Positions 23,621-37,279 of a stretch of DNA of 64,000 nt are shown in pieces (the first letter of the stretch is position 1; each line of letters starts with the position of its first letter). The stretch is taken from positions 153,204 to 217,203 of the forward strand of contig NW_005434553.1 in NCBI RefSeq assembly GCF_000315625.1, written 5' to 3'. The notes below the pieces were generated by a model. It saw only the letters and a list, made by a program, of their open reading frames with translations, was not told the origin of the DNA and ran no database searches. Source of the stretch: Guillardia theta CCMP2712 (lineage: Eukaryota; Protista; Cryptophyta). The translations under genes and the position numbers were made by a program.

Positions 23621-26485
23621 ACGAACTTTCGAAGGTTTCTGGTGTGAAACAAGATAAAAACTTCCAGTGAAGCTGAAAACTCACTCAACGTCCGGATGAA
23701 CCTGGTCGATACACCTGTATCTGACATGAAACACAACTGTCTGCTTGCTGGAAGGGCTCTGTCGTACCTTATCAGTGCTCCTTCTCCTTCTCCTACTCTC
23801 CTCCATTTTGCGCCTTTCTCCTCCATTTTGGGCGCCTTTCTCCCCCTTTCCCCTAGATCCAATTCGTGTGGTTTCGATGCCATCGACTCTTCGCCTCGTA
23901 CTGCCGGCGTACCTGTAAAAACCACCCCACCCCTATCGAAGCCTTTCCAGCCTCTATCAACGTACCCCTTCTAGTATCAAAGATTTCCTCTACGCCGCCT
24001 CGCCCCCTTCCAGATGTCGGTCAGCATCGACCATCTCAAGGATTCTTCCACCCCACCCCACCACTTTACCCTCGTTCGACCCGTCCAGAGAGCCTGGAAT
24101 TGAAACCCCGTCAGCGAAAATCATGGACGTGAAGTAAAGAAGAGTCAAGGAGCGTAGGAGGAGGATGAGATGACGACGAGGGCGTTGAGAATGCGTTAGA
24201 GGATAGCACAACACCACCTCTTCATGTCATCTTGACCACCTGCTTCCCCACCCTCCCTTCTGACCACCTCCTACCCTTCAAGCCCACAACCACAAGCTCC
24301 TCCGGTCATCGGTCCTCACCTTCCTGCTCCTCGCATCCCGTCGTCATCACGATGCATCCACCCCCTACCACCCACGGCCAACATGCCCGCCTTCTTTCAT
24401 GCAGGCTTCTTTGAGCTCTTCCTTTCCTTCCTCACTTGTTGTTATCGCTTTCTGTTGTCGATACGCACATGGGTGATGTGATGTTGCTTTCGTGCAAGCA
24501 TTCCCGCAGCCTTTGTGACATCTATGATATTCTATTTCGCATCTCTCTCTCCCCCTCCCTCCCACCTCTGCTCCCTCCCTCTGTCCGTCCGTCCCTCTCT
24601 CTCTCTCTCCCTCTCCCTCAGCTGTGTGCCCGATCTGCTTGTTAGCGCATTTGCTGAGCATTTTTCGTGTCTGTCATGTTTGCGTTACATACTCAAATCG
24701 AATGAATAATGCGCTTGCCGTGATTGGTTATCATTTCTTCGCAACTGTGAGTAATTTCTGCCTTGGCTTTGACTGTCTTGATGGTAATCACTTTTCGTTC
24801 TTTGGGTCCGAACAACGCATCAACCAAAGAAGCAAAATAAGATGGTAGAACAAAAGCAGAAGTACGCTCAATCCAGTTTTAGAAAGAAAGCATCCTAAAA
24901 TGAAAAACTTGACACTAGGTGGAATGTGTTACTAGTACACATATTTGAAGTTCCTTGAGAAAAGAATGGTACCTTTTCCCTTTATTCTACGAATCTAGAG
25001 CGAAACTTGTCACCCTTTCTCACCATAGCCCTGTGTCTGTCACCCTTCTCTTGTGAAGGAGCACTGAGAGTACGAGGGTGCTCGTGCGCTTTGCGGAACA
25101 CCAACCTTGATCAGTTTACTGCGACAGTAACATGGCAGGGGGCATATATGATCAAGCTTCTGATGAGCGTGAGTGATAAAACAGCTTGATGAACAACACG
25201 ATGATTCTATCGAGTATTCTACCGCAAGTGGTTGGCGGTCATTCAGGTATCAAATAAAAATTGCATCATACACGTCTGCAACCTCAACAGCAAACTGGAA
25301 AGGACCAGGAACGAAATAGAAAGGTGAAATACAAAGTCTTGCCAAGAGTAACGACGAATGTGAAGGTTCATGCAAGAAACCTGGCGGAATGAGGTTGTCC
25401 CTCGATCCTCCCCGCCTCACTTTCCCTCTCCTCCCTCCCTCCCTCCCTCTCTCTCTCTCTCCCTCTCCCTCCCTCCCTCCCTTCCTCCCTCCATGACGAT
25501 TGCTCTGGTGGTGTTTCCTGGTTGTTGTCTGTCCTTCCCTCACAACTCACTCTTGTTCCGAGTCTCTCCCTTCATTCCTCCTGATCCGCTTCCCCTCATC
25601 CTCCCTCCTCTTCTTTCCCTCCTTCCGTCCTCTCCTCACCGTGCGCGCTTTCTGACCATCGTCTACCGCCATCCTGCACTCAATCTTACGCCTCCCTCGC
25701 ACTCTTCATGGCCGCAGACGCAGCACACTCAGCGACTAATCTGGTTACTTCTTCTCTCCTATTCTTCCCCTTGCTTACATGATGCCGGAGAATGCTCAGA
25801 GCACTCACTATCCCCTTCTTCTCTCAGGCAGGGCAGGAGGGCACGTTCTCTCCGCCGGAGAGGAGATAAGCTCGCGTTTTCGGGCATAGACGAGAGGGTA
25901 GAAAGGGGTCGGGAGGAGGCACTGGGCAAGGATGGAATGTGGGGATCGGATGCCGCATGTTCCTGATGGGGTTGAAGCGGCAGGGAATGTGCGTTTATAT
26001 GTTGCCCATCCATCAGAAGAGGAAGCTGGGCATGCAAGGATGGTGGGGCATGCAAGGATGGTGGGCCAGGGTTCCACCATACCCCTATGATGTTGACCCT
26101 CCCCTCCTCCTTACTCTGCATGGCAGCAGCTGCTTGGTTTGCGGCGGCTGCTGTTCAGGAAGCAGAGGGCTGAGAGGGTTGTGTATCGCAGAAGAAACAA
26201 CAGAAGGTGACAAGGACGTTTACTGTCATCGAGCAAGATACTGGCTCCTCTATACCTCCCTCCCCCCCTCCCCCACCACCCCCTCCTCTTCCTCCTTCTG
26301 CCCCCATGGCAGCCGCCATGGCCTGTTTTTTCTTTTTTGGACAGGATTTTCTTTTTTTTTTTGGTGTTCTTTTTAAATATGTTTTTTTCTTTTTTTGGTC
26401 AGGAATTCTGCTCCTGTCGTTTTTGTTTTCTTACATTCTTTTGTTTTGTTTCCTTTTACGCCTCGAGTGGCGGTCTTTCGGTAGA

Positions 26486-26655
26486 AGGATTACGGTAACG
26501 AGGATTATAGAATGGGGATTATGGTAACAAGGATTATGTTATAGAATGGGGATTATGGTAACAAGGATTATGTTATAGAATGGGGATTATGGTAATAAGG
26601 ATTATGTTATAGAATGGGGATTATGGTAATAAGGATTATGTTATAGAATGGGGAT
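26486..26655. repeat. 34-bp minisatellite (GGATTATGTTATAGAATGGGGATTATGGTAAYAA), about 4.5 copies
   Basis: Units start at 26531, 26565, 26599 and 26633 (the last truncated), with a degenerate partial unit before them. No spacers. Confidence 0.92.
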
Positions 26656-26774
26656 CTGACAACCTGCTTGCGAGCGTTCAGGCGAGACATTGCAATTATG
26701 GTCTGAGATTATAATACAAAGTTGACTATCATTATGTCACATATCGAGTCTATGATACAACTAGTTGACCCCGT

Positions 26775-29080
26775 TCACCTTGGCCCTCTTTGCTCCCCTG
26801 GCAGCTCCTTGATCGTCTGAAGGAATACAATGAGATTATGAATGACAACCACGAGACACGCTAAAGGGCAATGACAGAGCATGGCAGGCAGGAAGCATCG
26901 GTTTCTCACCGTTCCAGGAAGAGGCGCTTGAGACTGCCGCAGCACTCGGCACACCGTGCGCCTGCATCGGGAGTGAGACAGCTGCGGCATCCTTGTCGAC
27001 AGTCACTTGGACCATGCTCGCAGGAAAGGCTTGCGGGCTTTTGATCAGCCTTGCGTTCTCTTGTCGCAGATCCTGAAGCCACAGTCAAGGAGCAGCGGAG
27101 AAAGCAAGCAGGAAGCAGTACATTGTTCTCTTGCTTGAGCTTCAGCAGCTTCGTGTTCTCTTGCCGTAGCTCTTGGATCAGTGCGATGGCTCCTGCAACA
27201 AACGAAAAACATTCACACACACGACCAGTTCATTGCAAGGGCTCAAACCTTCCAGGACGCCATTCTTGTCTGCGAGCTCCGCAGCATCAGTCAGCTGCCG
27301 CAACTCATCGTAAAGCGACCTGGATGAACGTCAAGCAAGATTGAGCAGCAAGCAGTGATCTCACCTCATGCGATCTCGGCGCTTCCTCTCAATCTTCTTG
27401 TGGTACTCTCTCCTTGCGATCCTCCTCGAAGTTCGTCCGTCCTGGTCTCTGTGCATAGCAGGCGCATGTCAGCTGGGTGTACAGGGCATTGCTGTATCAC
27501 GACACCTCGTCTCATCATCCGAGTCTCCCCCTGAAGAGTTGTGATTGCATGTTGTGGAGCTCCCTCCTGAGTTGTTTCCAGATCCATGGGCAGTGAGGGT
27601 GATTCCGATCCCATTCCTGCTGCTCAGGTTCGAGATCCCCCCGTTCGGTGCCGCTGCCGCTCGGTTTGGAAGAACTGCTCCCATTCCAGACGTGGATGAG
27701 GATGTATCGGACTGTAACTTTGTAAGAGTCAACACAGAAAGGCTCTTTTGTCTCACTGGTTGATAGGTTGTTGATGGGTGTGTGCCGTTGGTCATAGGAT
27801 GGTGCCTTGAGGAGAGATCAGAGAATCATCTCAACGTGTGCAGTCCTCACCCAAAAAGTGGCAGAACGCTTCCATGCATGCCTCCTAAAGTGCTCAGAGG
27901 GACTTGAAGGACGCTGGGATGCAACCCCATCTGCAGTGCCTGGTACTGCTGAATCTGTGCTCCACTAGGCAACGAGGTTCTGCGAGAGGGGAAAAGGAGC
28001 ATGTAAATGATCTGCCGCATGTCAATATGTGAGGATTCTTACAATCCAGTGAGGCCGTTGGAGCTGAAACCAACATCGTCAGCATTGATAACTTCGCACG
28101 AAAGTTGCGCTTGCCTCTTGGATGCTGGGCTGGACCCAGTGAGCATGAGCCCTGAAGAGAAACCGTCGCCCAAGTTTGTTGGCTTGCGATTAGCTGATCC
28201 ATACTGGGCATTGTAGGCCATAACAAAATTGCCCATCTGCTGTCCAGCTACTGCGCATTGTCATCAGTGTGGAATTGGAGTATCCATCGCAACTCGTACG
28301 GGAATGCTTGGTGAGTTCGTCTGTGGGTGTGGACATGGGGGGCAGCAAGACTTGAGCGTTTTCACTTCCTTTTGCTTCACTCCCAGAGCGTATGCTGCAA
28401 AGAAGTCGACAACAATCAGAGGCGCTTCAACAAGAAGGAGAATAGTTGTACCTGGGTAGCATCGGTACGTTCTTGGTATCCATCCTGTTGGATGAGCTTG
28501 TTTCAAGATGCAGGAACAATTTGCGGTTTGATCTCTTGCAGAAAGTAAGCAAATTAACTTAGAAAAACGATCGTCACCTCCTCAGTTTAGCCACAATTCA
28601 TGACAAGCTTGTTTGTTTTCGACCGTTTTCCTCCAAATTACTGAACGAAATTCGATCAGAACGACCATAAGACAACTGTAATCTGATCCAGCATGCTTCT
28701 TCAACTTCACCTACATGTCGCTATTTGCTAATGATGGAATATGCATGGCTGCAGTGATCGTGTTCCTTGACAATGTCTGCCCCATCACTGCGAGCATGCC
28801 TGCTCTACTCAAAGGAGTGCCATACTTTTCGACACCAAAACGGAATGAAACTTTTGGATCCGAGCTGAGATCTTCTCATACTGCTTAGACTCATGAAGTG
28901 CAAGTGTATGGTCAAGAATTGATCTGGTCTACCTTCCCCACACTGCAGGTCAGTCATGACCAAACTGCTTCCTGACATCGTCTCATTCTACAACGCCCTC
29001 AACACAGCATGAAACGCTATTTGAGACGATCAAACATGAAAGAACTAGCCTGTCTCTGTCTCTTCTTTGCCTCTGCTCTG
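26775..29080 (-). CDS. Hypothetical multi-exon protein with C-terminal coiled coil; ends uncertain
   Basis: Minus-strand exons including AIALIQELRQENTKLLKLKQEN and DLRQENARLIKSP, plus Ser/Gly-rich segments and many short introns. Confidence 0.45.
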
Positions 29081-29139
29081 CATCTTCGGCTGAACTTCTC
29101 CCTCCCTGACACATAAGGCCAACAGTAGCCAGGGCATTC

Positions 29140-30260
29140 CAGACCACAAACGAGCGAGGGGGGGCTGCCAGATCGGCCCGAAAAGGGGGTGGGGTTATAT
29201 ACCTTACGGGTGCTTTAAGAAATTTCCTGGGTCCAAAAATGCAGAAGTGGTACCACCACGGTAAACAAGGGGGTAGTTCTAGGGTAAAATTAGGTGGGGG
29301 TACATGATACCACGTACGGATGAGCCACCCTGTGCGATACATAGGGTTGGGTACGCGTCATGGGGGGTGGGGGGTCCACTTGGATCTCGACTGGATCTCG
29401 TCATTGGAGGGCAGGTATTTTTTTCGGTGGACATGGACTATTTGAAGAATTCGACCTGATTATCTATCATTTGGAATTACTTTCATAGCCCCTCGGACCC
29501 CCACCCCACCTGAGACTGTAATTGGGCACCCAATTTAGCAAGATTGGTCCTGGAATGCCCCTCAGATTTCGGTGTACTCCTCAAAAATGTTTCTCAAAAG
29601 GTCCCGCGGACCCCTCTTTGGGCCCAAAGGAATAAGTCGGAGATTGGGACCTCGGGATTAAAACTTCTTTTTAAATGTGGGGCCAGATTCTTACGAGATG
29701 CCACGAGATCGGAATCTCGGTGAAGAGGACCACAACGTTCCGCAAGGAGATCTCAATCTCGCAGACCAAGATACCTGCTTAAGGGGGAGTGGAAGGGGGT
29801 GGGGGTCTTTTGTAAGGGTCCTTCGTCGAAAACGTGAAGAAGATTCAGTGGTCAGTACCGGTGCTGCTTTTTGATATACCCCCTGCGATGTACTTTTAAA
29901 CCACATCATTGTTGCGGCAGCAATTTTACAACTATGTGTACAAAAGTTTTAAAGTATGAAGCACAATGGCACGCGATCCTACTCCTTGGAATACACCTAC
30001 AGTACCCCTTAGAAATACCCATCAGTACCCACCCTTACTCCTATAGCTTTGAGGGTGATCATTTGTTAAAACACTTGTTATTCAAACAAACAAAAACGAA
30101 GCCCCCTTTTTCTGCCCAGTGAAGACCACCCACCCCACGTCGTCAAATACATTAGTTTTTATTCACTTACCCCTCATTTTTCCCTCCAATCACCCTCCAC
30201 GGGATAGCAGTTCCCCGATGGGACCCACCCCTGATAGGGTACTGGACGGTGGCCGGAAAA
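29140..30260. other. Intergenic G/C-skewed tract between divergent genes
   Basis: GGGGT-rich at the left end and CCCACCC/TACCCC-rich at the right end. No credible ORF. Confidence 0.5.
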
Positions 30261-30446
30261 CACGTCTTTTCGCCCACTAATCGGACGCTTTGACGCATGA
30301 CCCATCAACTATGCCTCAGGAAATTAATCACTTTTATTGTACCGGAGTCCAACAGCCTCGGACGGCCCGGCCGGGCCGGACCCGGGCCGGACCCGGGCCG
30401 GGCCCGGCCGGGCCGGGCAGCCCGGCTACAGTTGGGAAAGACGGTT

Positions 30447-33400
30447 ATGGAAAGCGTAACTGGCACTCAAGACGATTTGGGATGTCATGGTTGCAGTACC
30501 CGCCGAGTGGCAGTAGGAGATGCAGGAGGAGCAGCGGGACGAGGGAGGCGGAGGTGACAGAGAGGGTAGAGAGGATGCTTGCTCTTAACCATGGTTGATC
30601 TCTGCCGCCTTTGCCATGCTGCTGCCACTTCGATGCCCTTTTAAAACTAGACGGAAATGCGGGGTAGAGGGAAGAGACACGTTCAGGGTCGGGATGGAAT
30701 GTTTATGAGAGACAGACATACTGATAGACAGGGATGAGAACAGTGATGTGAGAAGGACTGTGCGATACCGGCGGACAAGTCAGACCTCGAGGCAAGACAG
30801 AAAGAAGCTCCGGTCCACAGATTGGTAGCATGTGGATTTGATGCGAATGACACAGAAATAGTGAGGCTCAAATAGCCCGGATAGGTGGATAGGAATGCAC
30901 CTCGTAGAATGTAGCAAGGTTCGATATGCAAATCGGTGAATGGGGTTGACCAAGAAGACGTGACGACCCGCAAAGAGAGAATAACGATGACGGTGGTGAA
31001 AGGAGATGAAAATATTGACGATTGATATTCCAGCCCGCCTCAATCATTCTCACCCACCCCGTGAAGACTCGCCGGGCATGGCTGTTTGTGAATCGTCGTC
31101 GGTGGCCTCGTACGCGTCGCATGACCGACCCCCGCCGATGAACCCTGAGGTTGAATGGAAGCGTCATCGACTGTCCCACTAACGAGGTTGGTCAGGTCGG
31201 GATCTACCCGGAGCATGCAGACGTGTTGGATGAGGTAGTTTGGTGCGTGCTCTGAGTTGGCGGGTGATGTGAAGCTTGCAGGGGAACATCCCGAACATCG
31301 ACTCTCTCGTTCGAGACCTCAAGGTGGTGGAAGCTGTGCAGGTAGCCGACGGTCAGGAGGCATGCGGCTGATGCCTGACGGGTCTTGGCAGATCCCGACG
31401 CAACGACGACCTTCAGATGTAGATCAGAGTGATGACCGAGGCAACAATGGCCCTGTGAGCCTCTTGCATGTTCAGACTCTCATCGCATCTTGTTCTCTTG
31501 CCGACTCCTCTCTTGCTGTTTCTTCCATCTCCTCACTGTCCTGCCATCGCTGGATCTTTCTCGTTCTACCTCCTTCTCTGATGTGTGCTACTCGTGCAGA
31601 TCCGAGGGAACAACTTTCGTGGATCGGATGGCGCGCCTGATCCGGAGCAGGCTCGCGCTGCCAGGTCATCTCCCTGCACTGCCATGGCCTCTTGACTTCC
31701 CGCGGTGACAGGGCGGAAGAGGAGAGGGAGCGACTTGAGCGAGAGATCCGTCTAGCCGAAGATCCTCAACAGACTTCTGTTGTCCTCGGTCATCCTCCCT
31801 CCTGCTATCCTGACAACCCGAGGCAGAGGCCGGACCCAAGGCTCGAGGAGGAGGAGGAGTTTGTGAAGCAGAGGATCGAAGAGGTGGGTGGGAGAAGGAA
31901 TTTCTTGCTGTAGTGACAGGGTGATTTCTTTCAAGGTTGAGGAGAGGATAAGAGTGATCCTTGCGAACCCTCTTGGACAAGATGGGTGAGTTGTTGTCTT
32001 CCACTGTGATGTTTCCTTGGTGGACGCATTCGTGATCTTCTGGAAAAAGTGATAGGAGAGGAGGGAAGGACAGGACAGGACAGGACAGGACAGGACAAGA
32101 CAGGACTTGTTTGCAACTTGCTGATTGTTGTCGGTAACAGTCTTGGGCGCAAGAAGGTCTGGAGAGTTCGCCCATCGTCGCAAGTTTGGACACAAGTGAA
32201 CATCGGTGCTGGGAGATGCGCGAGCGACGTGACATGATGATGTAGGTGGTGGGAGAGAAGAGCGTGTCTGAAGTTGTAAAACAATCAGCAAACGGTAATG
32301 CAAAGATAGGATAACCGAGAGGAGAACATGCTGATAGCATCGGACCTGACTTGTCTGCAGTCGTTGCTAGTGGGGCCATCTCGGCTGTTCGCGGGACCGC
32401 AGAAACTGTTGCGAGTGGAGCTACGTAAGAAGCAAGCTTCGAGGAGAAGATGAGGAGGGGGAAGATCGGGAGATGTCGAAAGTTGAGACGAAGACTGGGT
32501 GTTGAAGGAGAAGGCAGAGGCTGTGAAAGGAGGGAGCAGATCCTTTGAGCTGTTGGTGGCAGTGGAGGAGGAGGAGGAGCAAGTGGAGGAGAAGAGGAAT
32601 GAAAATGATTTTCTAACCTGCGACCTTGGTAGGACTGTAGCATCATGGAGCTACAAGCCGACCTTATGGTATGTAAGGGACAGAGACAGGGACAGGGGGA
32701 GAGATCGAGAGAGCGAGGGTGGAAGAGTGAGAGAGAGAGGAGAAGGGAGAAGGGGAGGTTGGGGGGGAGAGGGAGAGAATCAGGGATGAGAGAGGGAGAT
32801 CGCCACCGGGTTGAAACTTGATCTCTTTTTCCGTGATCGTCTCTTGGTAACTGACTACACGTCACTCAGGACTGCAGCTGAGATCGCTTCTGGGACAGGT
32901 TGACACTGATAAACACTCTTGAGGTGCTCAGCTGACTCGTTTCTCCAGCGTCCATGGTAGCTACAGGAGCATACAGGATAGCTTCAACGGTTGCAACTGG
33001 TAATGACAACTTGAGATATGACGTCTGAGGTCTTGGCAAGTGTGTGAAAGCAACATTCGATTCGGATCAGAACAACAGAAGTCACTTGTTACTAACATCT
33101 TGTTACTTGCTACCCGCCACTTGTTGCTCAAACCTCGCATTCCTCTCTCCGCATTGACTGTCCTCCAGGTGTCTATCATGGGGCCAACGTGCTGGTGGAG
33201 ACGGTCGATGAGCACAAGGACGAGCTGGGAAGGCTGCAGTCGGTGAGCTGGGCGTTTCAGCTTACTTCTACTGACACGGTTGCTTCAAGGAACTTTCAGA
33301 GCTCTCCGACAGGTCGGTGTCAAAATTTCCCACCTCTCGTAGCGACATGTCAAATTAACATTCTGACTAGCTGGGCACAGGCTGGGGGCTATCGATGCCA

Positions 33401-35367
33401 AACGAACCAACGCAACGCTGAAGATTGTCAGCCCGTGCGAGGTGAGAATTCCTTGCTTCCTGTCCCGATCTCGCTTACCCTCCCCCTCCCGTTTCCCCTC
33501 CTCCTCCTCCTTGTCCAAAGCTGCCGCTGTCAATGCCTTCCTTTCATATGGACTTATTGATACACTGGCATCATCATCATCATCCTCGTCATCATCATCA
33601 TCAATTCTATCTCCATCATCAACAACAACAACACCACAACCACCTCCATCACCATTTGCATCATCATCAGTACCCATTATCTCCGCTAGCATCTCCATCA
33701 TCATCATCTCCATGTCCATCATCATCATCTCCATCATCATCATCACAATCATCATCATCATCATGTGCTCCTCTTCTTACTTCATATCAGGGTTCTACTT
33801 GGTATTCAAATCATGCCTGCAACATCATTTGGGAGCATACCGGATGCATTCAGGTGAGAAGTTGAAATTGGAAACAGATTTCTCCTTTTTCTGCCTCTAA
33901 TTTTTGCAATGAGCAGGAATTTCGAATATACATTGGAAAACGGTTTTCACTTGGATGGACTGAACTGGTAGAGCATTCGGGCATACGATCACTTCTCATC
34001 CCTTTTTATTTCGACCTCCCTCCTCCTCCTCCTCCTCCTCCTCTAACTCTCCCCCTCCTCCCCAGTCTTCTCTATCCCCTCGTGTTCTTTCTGTCCTCCT
34101 CCTCCTCCTCCTCCTCCTCCTCCTCCTCCTGACGCCTTCAAACACAGGCACGAGGCCTCTCCAACACCAACTCCTTCACCTACCTCGTCTCCCCTCAGCT
34201 AGAGCGCGGATCTTACTGCCTCCGCATCGACGGCCCCTGCGGTTTTCCCAGCTTCACCTCGCCCTATTTCCGGATCGAGCAGGAGGTATGTTGATCCACT
34301 GCGCTGAGACGAATGTGTCGCATGCTCGCAGTGCAAAGGAGGAGGAGGAGGAAGAGGAAGAGGAGGAGGACAGAAAGAACAGGAGGGGATAGAGAAGACT
34401 GGGGAGGATGGGGAGATCAAGGCGAGCAGGTGGGAATGGGAAGGACGGGGGGTAGGGGGAGGAGGTGGAGGAGCACAGAATGAGCAGGAGGAGACGACGA
34501 GGAGGATCGCATGTTCGTGTTGAATAGCCGCCCTTTCCTCACCTCACCTGCCTTTACCTTTTGCTGTCCTCTGCCGACCGCCATGATCCTCGCCACCCAC
34601 CCACCCGCACCTTCCCCACCACCACCAGCAGCAGCAAAGCATCTCCTTTCCTATCCTCTCTCCTTCGCTAACCCCCCTCTCCCTCCTCCCTCTTCTCATC
34701 TTCGTTCATGACGCTTTCCTCGCAGACTCCAGAGCTGATGTTGTGGATAGACAGTGACAAACTTCAGTTTCACCGCGGAGAAATCTGTCGAGTCTGCTGG
34801 ACTTACCAGCCAAGGCAACAATCCTTCACCTTCAGCTCAGCAAGGCCCCAGGACAACCAGCTGTCATACAGCAGGTTTGCTCCTTGTCCTTCCATACTCC
34901 CCAGCTGCCGTCCACCTCGTTCTCACCCTTCCTCCAGCAGAACCTCCCGCTCTTCTTCCTCCTCAGCTCCTGCGTCCTGCACATGCTCTCAGGGGGGTCA
35001 GGCGTGCAGCGCCTGCCAGGGGTCGATGCCTCCTCCTCCTTCAGTGAAGCTCTACCTTTCAACGGGGTTCATGAGCTGGAGGGTACTGGGCGAGTCGCTT
35101 CCTTTGACCGGCTCTTTCCTTTGGTCTATCCCATCCAACTGCCAGCAGGGCTCCTACCAGCTGCAGGCAAAAGTCAAGGGCAGCAAAACCCCCTCCTCGT
35201 CCTCCTCTCCCTCCTCCTCATCCATCACCACCTCCTCCACCCCCTCTTCTTCCTCTTCGCAAGTCCTCTCCCCCGTTCTCAACATCTCTATCAAGGATGA
35301 AATGTTCATCGTGTCCCCTGTGGAGGTGAGTTTCGAGGCATGAAACGATGATGACGATAATGATGAC

Positions 35368-35400
<33 letters not shown>

Positions 35401-37202
35401 GGTTGTGGTAGTGATGACGGAGATGGCGATGATAGAGGTGGTGGTGATGATGATGATGATCATGATCAAATGACTTGGAGTGCTGGCAGGGTACTGAGTG
35501 GGTGATGGGCAAGTTTGCCACGATCGAATGGGTTTGCAAAGGTCCGAACAAAAAAATGATGAGTCAAGAAAAGGAAAAGGAAGGAGCAGAGGGGGGTGGG
35601 GGGGGGGGGGGGTCGGGGTTGAGCAGAAGCAGCAGAAGCAGCAGCAGGAAAAGGAGAGGCGAAGGAACAGAAAGGAGGAGTGAGAAAGAGGAAAACAAGG
35701 GAGCAGCATCAGACAAATGAAGGCAAGCTGCAAAGATGTCGAAGCTAGGATGGTTGAAAACCTCTCAGCTTCGCGTGTTCAAGAACAAGATAATAGAGAC
35801 TGTGATGATGATGGTAGAGATGGTGATGAGAAGCAGAAAACAATTCGTCTTGTCTCTGCTGCCTCGCTCATTTTTCATTCCAGGAGCGCAAAGGGATGAT
35901 ATCGTGGTTTCAATTGGTTCGAGATTCTTTCGACTTGCAACGATTGCAGAAAAGCAGCCTGAACAAGGATCAATGTGAGACTTCGTTTTGAAGATGCTGA
36001 TGAGGACGATGGTGCTGGTGATAGAGATGATATTGATGGAGATTATGGAGATGGAGATGAAGGAGATGATGATGCAGATGGAGATGGAGATGATAATAGA
36101 GATGATGGAGATTGAGATGAAGGAGATGATGATGGTGGTGGAGATGGAGATGATGGAGGGTCTCAGTAATGATGACAACTCTCTGCACATTACCTCTGAT
36201 CAATCTGCAGACAATGGAAGGTCCCCGAGACTGGTATCAGAGCAGGTGAGATTGTCTCTTTTCATCCACCTTGCCTTTCTATCCCTTCAATCACTGAGAT
36301 ATCTACATTGTCCTCCTCTCGTCCTTCCGTTCTGTCCATTTTCATTTTCCTCCTCCTCTTCCTCGTCCATTGCCTCTTGTTTTCACCTTCTTTTCTCGTT
36401 CTCCCCTTCAATTGCATTCTGGCCCTTCAGACTCGGCATGATGTTTATTTTAGGATGGTATTTCCTGTCCATTCACGCAGCATCAAGGTCTGATCCATTG
36501 TCAACTTCTCTTTCTGTCCTCTCCTCTCCTCTCCTCTCCTCTCCTCTCCTCTTCTCTCCTCTCCATCCCTGTCCTCTCCCCTCCTCTCCTCTCCTCTCCT
36601 CTCCTCTCCTCTCCTCTCCCCTCCCCTCCCCTCCCCTCCCATCTCTCTTCTTTGCTGTCTTTGCCCGTATCCCTCGAGGCTCCTCCTCTGATCTCATACT
36701 TTACAGTCGCGTCTCTGCCAAGAGCGGGTGGATTTACATCAAGGATCAAGCAACTATGGAGGAGGATCTCAGAGAAGAGGAGGAGGCAACAGCACAGACT
36801 CTTGAAGAGGACTCAGACACAGCTGCGAGGTACTTCATCCCCCTTCTCCTACCCCCCTTCTCCCATCCCACTTCCTTCCTCTTTCCCTTTTCTTGCTTCT
36901 CTTCCTCCTCCCGTTCCTCCTCTCTTGTTCTTCTTCACTCTGTTCCTCCTCATTCCTAAGGCACTGGATCCGCCCTTCAAAGTGTGTGCATCAACCAGTC
37001 CTGTTTCCCGTTCCTCCCCGTAAGTCCAGAGCCCGTTCTGATCGAACCTTTCTCTCACTCCAGCGCTCCTCCTCCTCCTGCCTTCATTATGGACTCCTGG
37101 CTGGCGCCTCCTGCCCATCTCGATCGTGCACCAGAGAGTGCAGGAGGAGGCGAGGAGAAACAAGGAGGCAACGGCAGCGAGAGGAGAGGAGTGCGCTGCT
37201 GA
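30447..37202 (+). CDS. Multi-exon protein (possibly two genes) with three tandem Kre9/Knh1-N ('Ser-Thr-rich GPI-anchored' family)-like beta-sandwich domains and a C-terminal hydrophobic segment
   Basis: Spliced exons give LKIVSPCE|GSTWYSNHACNIIWEHTGCIQ|EFRIYIGKRFSLGWTEL|ARGLSNTNSFTYLVSPQLERGSYCLRI...SPYFRI. They also give QFHRGEICRVCWTY...VKLYL...LPLTGSFLWSIPSNCQQGSYQLQ and FIVSPVE|GTEWVMGKFATIEW. The hydrophobic stretch is LGMMFILGWYFLSI. Linkage of the 5' exons (30447-33300) is uncertain. Confidence 0.55.
36520..36640. repeat. (CTCCT)n pentanucleotide repeat, intronic
   Basis: Direct observation. Confidence 0.85.
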
Positions 37203-37279
37203 CCGAGGCTTGTTTTCATCACTGATACATAATATAAAGAAATACTTCCGTTCATGGCTCCGCACTGCTCACTGTTGAG

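Noticed and set aside
26486-26655. CRISPR-like array (34-bp repeats)
   Set aside because: The repeats are contiguous with no spacers, there are no cas genes, and the context is eukaryotic.
31666-32865. 399-aa minus-strand ORF
   Set aside because: It is a low-complexity shadow of a plus-strand spliced gene and includes a (GACAG)n repeat.
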